A DNA stretch of 64,000 bases from Azolla caroliniana (GCA_043228905.1 JBHGNT010000005.1:14012001-14076000); one strand, 5' to 3'; shown: positions 12,726 through 25,013, counted from the first letter of the stretch. Notes: generated by a model not told the origin, from the sequence alone. Program-made: numbers and translations.

Positions 12726-14089
12726 TAATTGAGGCACATGTTCAAAGAAAGTCCAACTACGACCAAGCTAAGTGGACCTGAAGAGCCTCCAAGTGATCGA
12801 AGCACATCTCGGCCGAGTTCAAAGATGAACAAAGGGAAGGCCAAGATGCTAGAATAGAAGGATCGAGACAACAATGAACCGACTCACTCACTCGATAGTG
12901 AGTTCAAAGGCCTTGATTCTCCAATTATCCGAACGAATGGAGCTAAGAAAGTCATAGCTACAGCAAATGAAAAACTCTGTCGCTCCACCCGAGAGAAGAA
13001 CCCGGTTAACCGATTTGGCTACAATTACTACATGGCATATCACCATGCCTTCATGATGAACGTGGCGACAGTCCAAGAACCAAAAACATTTTCTGAAGCA
13101 ACCAAGGATCCATAATGGGTCGAAGCCATTGAATGAGGAAATGCAAGTGTTATGCAAGAACGAGACGTGGGATCTTGTTCCCCACTCTTCGCACAAGAAA
13201 ACAATCGACTATAGGTGAATCGACAAAGTAAAATATAATGCCTACAGCTCATATGGCAAAGATGACGACTGTTCGGACAGTCATTGCACTTCAAGCTGCT
13301 AGAGGGTGGCACCTCCATCAAATGGACATGAAGAACACCTTTCTTCAAGGTGAACTAGAAGAGGTGTTCATGATTCAACCACCTGGTTTCTTTCGAATCG
13401 ACCAATTATCCGACTGCAATCTGCCAACTCAAGAAGTTGTTGTACGAACTCAAGCAAGCACCGCGTGCTTAGCACTCGAAGATTACTCAATATCTTCACC
13501 AAATCGGCTTCTGAATGTCGAAATAGGACAACTTTGTCTATGTAAGAAGCAAATTTGAAAGCCTAATCATGATCATCCTGGACGGTGGATGATCTGGTCT
13601 TCGGAGGAAAGAATCTAGCCGACATTAATAAGGTCAAATCACTTTTGTCCGGCAGATTCAAAATAAAAGACATGCAGGAGCTCCATTACTTCCTCACTAT
13701 AGAAGTAATTCGGACACCAATCAGGATCATGATCTCCCAACGACACTACATCCTCAACTTGCTATACAAGTTCAAGATGACAGAGTGCAAAACTATGTCA
13801 ACCCCTCTCAATTGAAACCTCAATTTTGATGCCACCTCAAGAACAGAAAAGTGCGAGCCAACTCAGTATCATTAACTGCTTGGTAGCTTAATCTATCTTA
13901 CCATCACATGACTCGACCTCAGCTATTCAGTCAGTCTACTTAGCCAGTTCATGTAGCAACCTCGGGATATTCATCTGGATTGCTCTAAGAGAGTAGTCAA
14001 GTACGTCAATGGGACAATGGATTACAACATCATGTATAAGTCAAACACGATTGTTTAACTCGAAGGGTACACAGATGCAGACTGGGCTG

Positions 14090-14396
14090 GCTACAAAGGC
14101 AACTGACGATCCACTTGAGGATTCGTCTTCTCCCTCGATAGTGGAGCCATCTCTTGGAGTAGCAAAAAGTGGTCAACAGTCGCACTGTCGACCGCTACAA
14201 AGCCCACTAACGATCCACTTGATGATTCGTCTTCTCCCTCGATAGTGGAGCCATCTCTTGGAGTAGCAAAAAGCGGTCGACAGTTGCACTATTGACCGCT
14301 ACAAAGCCCACTAACGATCCACTTGAGGATTCGTCTTCTCGATAGTGGAGTCATCTCTTGGAGTAGCAAAAAGTGGTCGACAGTTGCACTGTCGAG
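14090..14396 (+). repeat. Tandem triplication of a 104-bp RNase H segment
   Basis: GCTACAAAG unit starts at 14090, 14194, 14298. Confidence 0.9.
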
Positions 14397-14719
14397 CACA
14401 AAAGCCGAATATAGGGGTGCGGCTGTCGCATCATGTGAAGCCGTTTGGCTGAAAAGAATATTGAAGGATCTGGGTGTTCCTATCAAGGATCCGACTCTCT
14501 TCTACTGTGACAGCACGAGCTGTATTCATCTTGCTCACAACCCGGCGTTCCATGCGTGCACGAACCATATTGAAGTGCACTACCACTTCATTCGAGAGCG
14601 CGTTCAAGCTGGAGATGTTGACCTACAACACATCAACACGAACCTTGAGGTTGCCAACACCTTCACAAAAGCCTTAGGACTTGACAAGCTCAGGCAATTC
14701 ATGTCGGACGTTGGCCTAA

Positions 14720-15422
14720 AAACTTGTGTGCTGCATCAAGTGTTGTATCATTCGCTCCATCGACATAACTCCAGTAGCCATGCCCAAGCAGGTACTGGTG
14801 CATCATGTACAACCAAGACGTGTAGTTGGATCTGTCGAGCTTCTCCATCGGGAGCGAGCTAACCATTCCTCGGTCCATTCTCTCCTTCTTGTCTGTTTCT
14901 TTTACCAAAAATTAGGTTTTTGTCTACCTAACGGTTTCTGTCTACGGTAAAGGATTTCTAAACCTCGCGCTCTGATACCATGTGAAAACGATAATGTGTG
15001 GAAGTGAAGACAACCGGCTCGTCCGGATAGCAACAGACCACAGAAAACAGAGATGACGGTTTAATGGAAACCTAAAACACACATACGCAGGAGACACGCA
15101 CACACACACAGCAGAACCAAACTTGATTTCAAAAATAATATTGTGTACATAGAACGCGTTCAGAGAGCACTTTCATACAAGTCCTTGCACAGACTGACAC
15201 AAGTACCATAAGTACTTGGATGCTCATAAATGAGCCTCTATACTAACTCCAATGAATATGCCTACGTACTAGGCTCTGACTGTAGGCCTCTAACGGCCTA
15301 CTGATTCACACTATTCCAGAGTATGATCTGGTTCTCCGGTTTCTGGATACCGATCTGGCTCCTCGATCTAGTTCTCCGTTCCGGATACCGATCCAGATCC
15401 GGTTGAGCTTGTCCGCTCAACA
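14720..15422 (-). mobile_element. 5' fragment of a copia (LTR 14981-15422, iMet PBS 14969-14980, gag N-terminus)
   Basis: MDRGMVSSLPMEKLDRSNYTSW nearly identical to gag at 2460; GCTCTGATACCA; LTR rc starts TGTTGAGCGGACAAGCTCAAC. Confidence 0.9.
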
Positions 15423-15696
15423 AAGAAGCCATAGCTAATGAGCATAAAGAGAAATGGTTGAGCTCAATGCAAGATGAGATGGACTCCTTGCATGAAAACT
15501 ACACCTATGACCTAGTGAATTGTTGAAAGGTAAGAGATCACTCAGAAATAAATGGGTCTACAAAGTGAAGACTACGGAAGTCCACAACACACCCAGATAT
15601 AAAGCCTCCATTGTGGTGACGGTGTCAACTTTGACGAGATATTTGCTCTAGTTGTGAAGATGACATCCATCCGAACTATTCTAAGCATAGTTGCCA
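15423..15696 (+). pseudogene. Tork-like copia RT fragment
   Basis: KWLSSMQDEMDSLHENYTYDLV, RNKWVYKVK, FDEIFALVVKMTSIRTILSIVA; resembles RT at 33499-36000. Confidence 0.8.
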
Positions 15697-16022
15697 GGTG
15701 TGGAGCCAAGATCGGCTCCACCCCCCTCCCAAGGGGGTTTGGATGTGAGGGGAGAGGGAGAGAGACACTGAAAGAGAATGAGAGAGAGGGAATCGAGATA
15801 GACACAGTTGAGGTTTAACTTCAATATATTTCTCCTTCTTTTCATGCCCCATGGGCGGGGTTTAAATAGTACAAAATCTGATGAAGACATTACAAAAAGC
15901 CAAATGGGGTTAGTTACACCTACTTACCCTATCTCACAGTCACACACACACACATTAACATTTCATAAATTGCACCTTACACATTACACCATTAACCCTC
16001 CCGTACACCTATACGAGTAACA
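15691..16022 (-). repeat. LTR of the 10658/12176 family, no matching TSD
   Basis: rc starts TGTTACTCGTATAGGTGTACGG; shares the ACCCCCTTGGGAGGGGGGTG motif. Confidence 0.75.
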
Positions 16023-17333
16023 CAATTCTATCCAAGTTCTGTCACTCATTCGGCTTGTATCCTTCTAGAGCAACTTCAGTCTCGATTGGGTCAATTTGTC
16101 CCTTGACTATTAGATAGTCTTGCATCTTCTCCTTCCAAAAGTTGAAGTTCAATCCATCGAACTTCCTTGGACTCATCTCTGATGGGTCGGATGTTAATGC
16201 CATATGTGTCGGCTTACTGGACTTTGTCTGGAGTCGACTATGAACAGTGGTGGGGTGTTGTAGACTGGCTCACCCAATATCATTCTAATCGAATTTGGAC
16301 ACGAGTTTGCCGATTGGGTTTCGGATGGCAATTGGGTATTGAACTTGCTCGGAGTGCCTACAGTGAGTAGAGGGACACGACCGACTGGTCTTCCCAAATA
16401 TCATCTAGTTGAGTTGAACACAGTTAACTGCCGATTTGATTCCGAATTGCCGATTTCAAGATACCAATCATATATTATGTGTCGTTTTTCCAGGCCGATC
16501 TTGCTTCGAGTGACTACAACGATGAGAGGGACAGAGCCAACTTGTCCTCCCGAATGTCATCTAACCAAATGAAGCATGGATAAGGGTTGTTCCCAGGAGC
16601 CCAATCTGCTATAAGTGGTTAAGTGAATAGCATCGAATGACATATTCGAATGTCGTCTAGCCTGATGAAGCATGATTGAGGCAGATCTTGTGAAACAAAG
16701 TCTCGGTCTGAGCAGCTACAATCACAAGAGTAAAGTACAACCAACTAGATTACTTAAGAGTGATTTAGAATGGCAGAGTTCAAACTTTTTAGGTGTTTTT
16801 CTCTTCTTCGAAAATGATCTCGTAGAAGTTGTCGGCTGAGAGATTTCGGTTCGACTGGAATCTCAGAATCTGTTCTGTAAGGTGAAGTTAACTAAGACAT
16901 CTTCAAGGGTTGCCATAAGGTGAGATGTTGATGAAGGCAAGGGGACGACTAGATGTTGAATCGAAAACACCAAGCTCTGATACCAGATGTTGTAAACCAA
17001 CCGTAAGTTGCAGAACAATCTTAGCATTTGTTCTACTCAGCTAGTACAAAGAGACAGATAATACCACAACTGAGGCATAAGACAAGATCAACGAGGAAGC
17101 AAGGAGAAAAGAAAATAGCAGGTTAGGCACAAGTAGATGTAATTGTATATTATCTCAGAGAGTTACAATGGGATAATGTACAATATGAACAACCTTGACA
17201 CTAGGTTACAAGAGTAAGTTTAAATACTAACTGACTTGGGGCAACTGCCCTTTCCACTATTTACAAGAATAGCCTAAACCTAGTGTATCCATGGGATAAT
17301 GTGAATGCATCCATTAGAGACCCATATTTGACA
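16023..17333 (-). mobile_element. 5' fragment of a copia: LTR about 16988-17333, iMet PBS 16974-16985, long leader, gag N-terminus
   Basis: rc reads KFDGLNFNFWKEKMQDYLIVKGQIDPI at about 16030-16180; GCTCTGATACCA. Confidence 0.8.
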
Positions 17334-17680
17334 CACCATGGCATCGAGTTGTACCTCGTACTGACATGCTCACTACAAGAGTTTGTTCACCACAATATCA
17401 CAATCTAGATATAGTGAAATGATGTCCCTAATGAGGGTAGTTAGGCCTCATATTTATAGCCAAACCTAAGGCCTCCATGCAAGTTCACACTTGGCCTTTA
17501 TAGGTTGCCTCAATTCCTAGATTAAAAGTAATCCTCCCTTCTTTACACTCTTAATAAACCCTCACACTTTATTCTCGTGTGTAGAATACTATGGTAGAAC
17601 TTACTAGGGGATAAATTATTGTCATGCTTGTAACATACTCAATCATGTATCGTCCGTTCTACAACCCTTCCATTTGCCCT

Positions 17681-19200
17681 TGTTGAGAATCAAGCTCAAC
17701 TGAGTCTAGTGTGTGAACACACCCTTGAGAGTGTATGAACACTCAAAGGTCAAAAGTCACACCACTACTCTCTACACATTAACTATGTGTTATAGAGTCA
17801 TATTCAATGACACATAACTAATGAGTTTCCACATTCCCCATGACAGATGAGCTTCGGTAGTTAATGAAGAAAGAGGGTGACTATATAAAGCACCCTACTC
17901 CTACTTTGTAATGTGTCGGTTAATCTCCTTTGTAATATACATTTTCTTGAGTATTCTATTCTCCATTTTTCTATATATCTTGTGTCTCTCTCCTCTCCCC
18001 TTCTCAAACACACACACACACAACATATATCTCAATCAGAGTGATTTGGTAGCTCGATCTAGCCCATCCACGTGTGTTGTGCTCTATGCCGACGTTCAAG
18101 AATAACCGGCTCATCGCTATCGTAGTGCCACTACATAGCTCGTGTTCGAAAGAGAAGGAAAAGAAGAAGGAAAGATTTATCAACATAATGAATACTCAAA
18201 TGGACGAGAAGTTGGATAGAAACAACTTTACATCTTGGGAGTACAAGATGCACCAATACCTTGTCGGCCAAGGCTATTGGAGCTACATCAAAGGAGCACA
18301 AGAAAATCGACCCGACCCAACGACACTCGAATACTCAACATGGGAGCAAGCCACAAGTCGAGTAATGTATTTCTTGGCAACATGTGTCCATGACCGCATG
18401 CTTGGCTACATTCGGGAAGCCAAGACACTGAAGGAAGTTTGGGAGAATCTCAAGAAGATATTCGCCGCCAATACAACAACACGAAAGCTTCAACTCCGCC
18501 AAGAGTTGAACAATATTCAACAAAGAGACATGTCGCTTGGGATTGATGGGAAGGTCGAATGTTTCATCGAGAAGGAATGTTGTTTCATCGAGAAGGAAGG
18601 TCGACTCATCGCTCGGGGTTGATGGGAAGGTCGAATGTTTTTCCTCAAGTCGAATGAGGTAAAATAGACCATGTTTGCAAAGGGCCTCAAACCCGACACC
18701 GACATAGAGCTATGGCATAAAAGAATCAGTCATATCAATTTCAACAAACGCAAGGCAATGCAATCGAAAGGAGTCGTCATCGGGCTCCCGACCTTCAAAA
18801 AGAAAGAGATTGAAGGAGTATGTGATGCATGCCAATTTGGCAAGCAACATAGCCACCTAGCCCCAAAGGAGAAACACATGAGCAAAGGCCTATTGGATGT
18901 AGTCCACTCAAATGTGTGGGGACCTGCACAGACGGCCACATTCGGAGGATGTCGGTACTATGTTGCCTTCATCGACGACTTCTCTAGATACAAATGGATC
19001 TTTCCCATAAGGATGAAGAGCAAAGTGTTTTCACATTTCCACAAATTCAAAAGCGAAGTAAAAAGGACAATTGGCCGCCATGTACAATGTCTTTAGTCAG
19101 ATGGAGGAAAGGAATACTTCTCCGATCCATTCTCAGCATACCTTTGACAAGAAGGAATTCGGTGAGGATTCACTTGTTGACACACACTGCAACAAAACGG
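17681..19200 (+). mobile_element. Degenerate, internally deleted copia (LTR about 17681-18030, gag, INT)
   Basis: LTR start TGTTGAGAATCAAGCTCAAC; EKLDRNNFTSWEYKMHQYL; ELWHKRISHIN; YYVAFIDDFSRY; cut at QQNG by next element. Confidence 0.85.
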
Positions 19201-19955
19201 TGTCGTGAAGTACGAAAGCTTCACATTAAAAGTCTACAATAAGATAAATACGTAACTCAGATAAAATAAAACTTGATAATATTTTATACATAAAGATATT
19301 ATTAACAATACACTATGATAATATTATACATTATATGTAGAGGCAAATAAATATATATATATGTTATATTACATGGACAAGAGAGGATTTGAGCCTATAA
19401 CTGCCACCTTATGACACTCTAACCTTACCATTTAGCCTATACTAACAATTTATAAAAGTGTTTTATTTGAAGTAGTATTTTATAGTCTAAACCATGTAAT
19501 ACACCATAAGAGATATCACAATAGAGAAAGAAGAAAAGAAGGTCAATACACAAGAGAAGCTCTAAGTTGGCGGTTGTGGTGCTCAACTCTCAACAAAAAG
19601 GGTGGAGGTTCGAGTTTCTTATCTCATTGAAAGATAGAAGAGAGGATTGTGGTCTAATATCAAGAAAGAGAAGAGCAATAGAAGCGAAGATTGTGGACTA
19701 TCTTGTGAGACAAAGTTCGAATTCAACAATGCTCGCAACTATTTTGTAACTCTTTCATCAAATAATTATAAATCTCTTTTATTGCTTCAATTATCATTCT
19801 ATATCCTATCTTGTCATATCTTGTTGATCACTATTTATCTATTTCTACTCTTTCGTCTCTTCCGTCCAAAATCCCAGTGATTCCTTCCTCACTTTCACGT
19901 TATCTTTTGTCTACGCAACGCTACGCTTCTACGCGAGCCACGCCACGACACAATT

Positions 19956-19973
19956 TGGTGAACCCGACGTGAA
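19956..19973 (+). promoter_or_regulatory. PBS complementary to tRNA-Trp 3' end
   Basis: TGGTGAACCCGACGTGAA = rc of TTCACGTCGGGTTCACCA, the plant cytosolic tRNA-Trp end as recalled. Confidence 0.85.
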
Positions 19974-20018
19974 ACGGGGAAGTAGAAGAGACATCTAAAG
20001 TAAATATCAACATCAACA

Positions 20019-20849
20019 TGGAAAGTACGAGTACAATGGATCCGGTAAGGTTGTTTAGTGAAAAATTGAATCAAGATTGATTATTTCATGCCTTACGAGA
20101 AGTCTGAGAGAAGATTGGTATGTTTGATGGCACAAATATTTCGAAGTATGTGAATATATATTATGATGAAATGGAAATGTCTGGTATGAATGATGTCAAT
20201 ATGATAGCAAACTTTTATAAATTAGTGGACATGGAATTAAGAGATAGAATTCATGAAATACAAACATTGCATAGTTTGGATTGGAATGCATTCAAAGAAG
20301 CACTTGTGTCTAAATATGCTCGTGAGGATTACTCTCGTGTTACTATGCGTTCATTCCATGAATGGGTCCTAAAAGAAAATAAAGGATTATCTATGGCTAA
20401 CACGAAAAAAGAGTTTGATAGATTGTATGGACACTTAACGCGAGGAGAAAGAAATTCTTTGTCTTGGCAAAAGGTCACTTTATTTTTGCAGGCAGTTGAC
20501 AAGAGATATAGAAAAGAATTGGAATTTATGCTTGAAGTACCAAATACCGAGGATGGTATAACTGCAGATTGGAATGAGGTAACAAATGCTTGTAATAAAT
20601 TTATGAAAAGAATGCAAAGGAATGGTGCAATGATACAAATACCACATGTGGGAATCACAAATCGGCTTGAGCAAAACATTGAAGTTCAAAGACTTGGTCA
20701 AGAACCATCACACGAAATGGTCCATCAACCACAAGAAATGATCAAAACTAAGAGTGAGTCTTTGCTTGATGATTTAGTTCAAAGTATGAAAGATCTAACA
20801 ATTAAAGTGGCAAAGCTTGAGAATGGTGAGACTTCGAGGTCAAGGGAAC
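20019..20849 (+). pseudogene. gag: Gag of element A (truncated)
   Basis: IGMFDGTNISKY, LFLQAVD, EDGITADWNEV align by eye with gag at 25014 and 60417. Confidence 0.8.
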
Positions 20850-22103
20850 CAAATGACTTATTCATATGTTGTAATGCCCTAGGTGAGGGTCTTTTAATAA
20901 TGGGACTATTGCAACCCTCATTTGCAACAGTCCTAGTCAAAAACCTGATCATAAAAATCATCACATTCTTTTGGTATCAAATGATCACGAAGCTCTTGCT
21001 TGTTCCTCTCATGATTTGGGCGAACTGTCATAAACTGTACAGTTCTTCGTCCATCTTGGCTTCGAATCTTCGCATAGGGAGAACCATTGTCAAGGACTTT
21101 GGTCTCCATCCGTACCACTGTGATGTACAGTTGCCCCAAGATTATCAGATAGTTAGATCCTTCCTGCACAAAGAAATGTTGATCTACCTCTATATCACCA
21201 ATAGTAACCTTTACATTTGGGCATGCACCAAATAAATCTTCGGTGACTGACGTGACTGCTTTTACGCACCAACCATGTTGAATATCAATTGGCCATCTAC
21301 CTTTCTTGTAAAAATCAGCACTCATTATATTTATTTCAGAACCATGATCAATAAGTGCCATCATCGGGTCTGGAACATTTCCAATCTTCACATGATGCTC
21401 AGTAGTGGCTCTTGCCCAACATTTGCGAGAGTAGTGGCTTCTTGTCTTTGTTGAACTTATCAATGAGGTTGATGCATGTTGACAACCAACAAGGATATTG
21501 TTCGACTCGTTGCTCACCACTTCATATGCCACCTTCAGATTTGTCTCTTTAACCTGCTCATTTACTTGCCTCTTTCTTCGCACAATATCAATTATTTTAT
21601 CATGAAATTCCTTTTTCGCAATATCTAACACTTCTCTTAGTGTAAATTCTACTCGGCTGTCTAGTATTCTTATTTCTTAAATTTTCTTTAAATTTGTATC
21701 CTTTTCAATATCAGACATTAATTTGAATGAAGGACCAGATTTACCTTTTTCGACTTTTGTGTCCATCTCTTTTCTTTTGCTTTCTCTTGTCTCATGCTTT
21801 TTTGTTGAGCCAATCTCATCATCTGGCCTTTTCCTTTTTTCTTCCACTATCACCTCATGCTCTTGGTGTTTTGCCATCTGAGCATAGATTGTCATAGCAT
21901 CTACTGGAACATCCCATCCAGTGTTTTTCCTTACAAAATCTCCGACAACACGAAGGTCTTCCATCTTCAGCTTTTGCTTTTGTGCCGAACTTACAACCTT
22001 CTCCCAGAATGATGATCAGTATGGCATGTGATCAACACGCATTCCCGCCGTTGCGGAGTAGTACACTGTAGAAGCCTTCTTTGCTTCAGCTTCTTCAAAC
22101 TTC
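20850..22103 (-). pseudogene. Inverted gag C-terminus + protease + start of pol of element A
   Basis: IAKKEFHD, WARATTE, ALIDHGSEIN on minus strand, homologous to 26733-27380. Confidence 0.9.
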
Positions 22104-22606
22104 ATGATATGGCAAGACTCGAACCCATGACCTTATACTACATGGGTCGAGCTCTTGACCATTAAACTATACATTGTAATACATAGAATATTATTTTCAT
22201 TTATGTTTTATTATAGAAAATTGATGTATATTCCAGATTTCTCTGGAACATTCTAGAAACTTCAGGAGTATTCATTAGAACACTATAAAAGGAGGCACAA
22301 GGCATTATTTCGAACCAAATCGGTTCAACGCCAGTCTTAAGCCTCCTAGCTACTGTACATTTTCTTCACATAATATATATCTTTTCTTATCATCACACAC
22401 ACTCTCTCTCTCTCGATCTCTCCCTCCCTCCCTCTCACTCACCCTTTCCTTCTCTCGAGAGTTCTTCACCTCTCTTAGTACTAATACTTCTTTTAGTACT
22501 AATTCCTTCTCTGTCTTAGTACTGTTCCTGACAGTTTGAACCGATTTTCCTACCTTCTGTCTCTCTCATTTCCTACTAATCTCTTATTCCTCTTTTCTTT
22601 CATCCC

Positions 22607-23758
22607 ATGGCCACTATTAGCGCTGAAGAATATCAATCTGTTTTCTCGGAATTTCAATGCTTGAAAGAGAAGTTCCATGCTTTGGAACAAGAAAACCAAC
22701 GGTTGATGGGGAATCTTCAGCAAATCTCCTTAGAAAAGCAGCAAACGCAACAACAGCATGGGGAACTTGCGTTACGTGTGCAACAACTCGAAGCAACCAT
22801 CGTAGCGATGCAACAACAAGGGCCCGGAACACAAGGGATTCATAAAGAACCCAAGATTGGCCTTCCCACGAAGTTCGATGGAACGTGATCGCAGTTTAGA
22901 GGGTTCCTTAACCAGGTACGATTAGTTATTCAAATGCATCCTTCCCGGTATCCCACCGATGCATCACGAGTGGGTTTAGTAGGCACTTTGTTAAGTGGCT
23001 CAGCGTTGGCATGGTTCGCTCCACTATTAGAAAAGGAATCCCCATTACTCAACAATTTTGAAGAGTTTCTAGGTGAGCTTAAAGCATGTTTCGGAGATAC
23101 TGACAGCATCAGGACCGTAATCAACAAAATTCAGCGATTACGCCAAGGTGACCGTCCAGCCTCCGCATATGCTGCAGATTTTCGCCTACTCGCCATTGAT
23201 ATCCCTTGGGATGATCAAGCGTTGATGGAGCAATTTTGTTATGGTTTACGCAACGACGTCAAGGATTTACTCTTGACCTTCCCCAAAGAGCCAAAGTCCT
23301 TAACAGAAGCAATCAGTCGCGCGGTGGGATGTGACAACCGCCTCTTTGAGCGACGTTCGGAACGACAACTACAGATGCCGAGGGCAAGATCAAAGCCCAC
23401 CGACGCCTCAGTGGTAGCAAGACCTTTTCTGAGGGATTCATATAATGCGCCTCCAGCGAATACTCCGACTCCGATGGAGATTGACACTACACGTCGTCGA
23501 GGGCCATTATCCGAAGAAGAAAAGCAGCGACACCGTACAAATCGGCTATGTCTTTACTGCGGTGGACCAGGACATATTGCAATAAATTGCCCCCATAGGC
23601 CAAGAAGACAGGTAAACCAAATAGTCGCTAGTTCTAATTGTACTAAACCTGAGCCTATTTCAGTAGGGATATCCGATAGTCCTAATAGTACTAATAGCCC
23701 AGATCTAGCAAACAGATTTGATGTCCTTAGTCAGTTAGAAGAAGAGTTAAACGACTAA
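22607..23758 (+). pseudogene. gag: Chromovirus gag (PEG10/sushi-like), one premature stop
   Basis: PTKFDGT*, GTLLSGSALAW, LRQG, PMEID, CLYCGGPGHIAINC; CGA>TGA at 22886. Confidence 0.93.
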
Positions 23759-24973
23759 GTCCAGCCAAAATAGGAGCCGTTTGGTTGGACAGCCCTAGAT
23801 CTGTGCAGCCCATTAGTGGTTCCATTCCCTCTAAGCAAGTTAGTGATGTGTTCGTAGCCCAAGTAATAGTTAGTACTAAAAGCACCCCTCCAGTACATGT
23901 CCTAGCACTCCTAGATTCCGGAGCTAACTCTTGCTTTATGGATAAGAAATTTGCTCAAGCTCATAAGATATCCCTAAGAAAACTCCAGTGTCCAGCCTCT
24001 GTAGTAGTCATTGATGGACGTCCCATTGCTTCCGAAAATATCATAGAAGAGTCAGAGCCCATTAATATTGTCCTAGATAACTTAGCATGTGTAGTATCAT
24101 TTAATATTATTAGTATCCCAGAACATCCCATAGTTTTAGGATTACCGTGGTTCAAGTTACATAACCCAGACATAGATTGAAGAACAAGAGAAATCCGGTG
24201 TCGACAAACCCAAGGGTCAACTTAGAAGATGGCAACCATTTCGCTACGTCAGTTGCGTAAAGAAGGGCACAAGGAGGAAATGTTCCTCTTTACAATATCA
24301 GTAAACCCCTCCAGCACCACTAAAGAAGGATCCACCGCTGTCGTGAAGAAAACCGTCCACAAGCGGAATCGGTGCACAGGAGCGTAGGAACCGGCTCTTC
24401 TCGAATGTTGTCCATAGAAGATCCTAGGCGGGTAGATTTAGTGGGTAGGAAGTAAAGGGGAAACAACTCCTTCCTTGCCTATAAAAAAGAGGGAGACGAG
24501 AAGGGGAGGGGTATCGCGGAGAGTCGAGGACGAAGTGCTGTCGGTTTGCTTGCGAAGGCTTCTCTCTCTCTCTCTCTGGTTCGCAAACTCCATAGCTTCC
24601 TTCTGTGCAGGTTTCGGGAGGCTCGCACTGCTCTGAGGAATGCCCGAGTGCTTCCGGCAGCACCTCCAACCTGCTCCTGTCTTTCTGTGCGTTTACGAAC
24701 AGGCATCGGCATCTGTTCGCCGGCCTGTTCGGTTGTAACCGACTTCGTGTTATTGTTGCTTTCGTGTTTTTGTTGCTGTCTTTGTTAATACATACATACA
24801 TTTGTGTCTCTCTGTGTCGCTGTCCCACTCGCGTCTTTGTGTCGAAGGGCCGTGTCCCTGTGAATCTACGCTCGCACGTAGTGGGTCTCTTGTCCTTTCT
24901 CTCTTGCTCTTCGGTACAGGACCCCCGAGGTCCCGCCTCATTCCACGCATCCGCGAGGAAAACCTCGACATCT

Positions 24974-24991
24974 TGGTGAACCCGACGTGAA
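24974..24991 (+). promoter_or_regulatory. PBS, tRNA-Trp
   Basis: TGGTGAACCCGACGTGAA, 3 nt after LTR. Confidence 0.88.
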
Positions 24992-25013
24992 GGAGGCGGC
25001 AGAAGAGCAGAAG

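Larger units (their letters stand above)
1700..14720 (+). mobile_element. Old degenerate Ty1/copia pol (PR-INT-RT-RH) split by later insertions into about 1700-1811, 10999-12175, 12726-14720
   Basis: [15 protein letters not shown] protease motif near 1715-1765 resumes after TSD CTAGG; [67 protein letters not shown]; many stops and frameshifts. Confidence 0.9.

Noticed and set aside
17335-17680. Possible additional minus-strand LTR fragment (TATTTATAG near 17451)
   Set aside because: No partner copy, TSD, PBS or PPT to define it
20120-21235. 371-aa ORF as a novel gene
   Set aside because: Chimera of gag and antisense read-through into the inverted protease segment
22102-22175. Functional tRNA gene
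   Set aside because: A/B boxes present but no convincing acceptor or anticodon stem; reported only as a tRNA-like module
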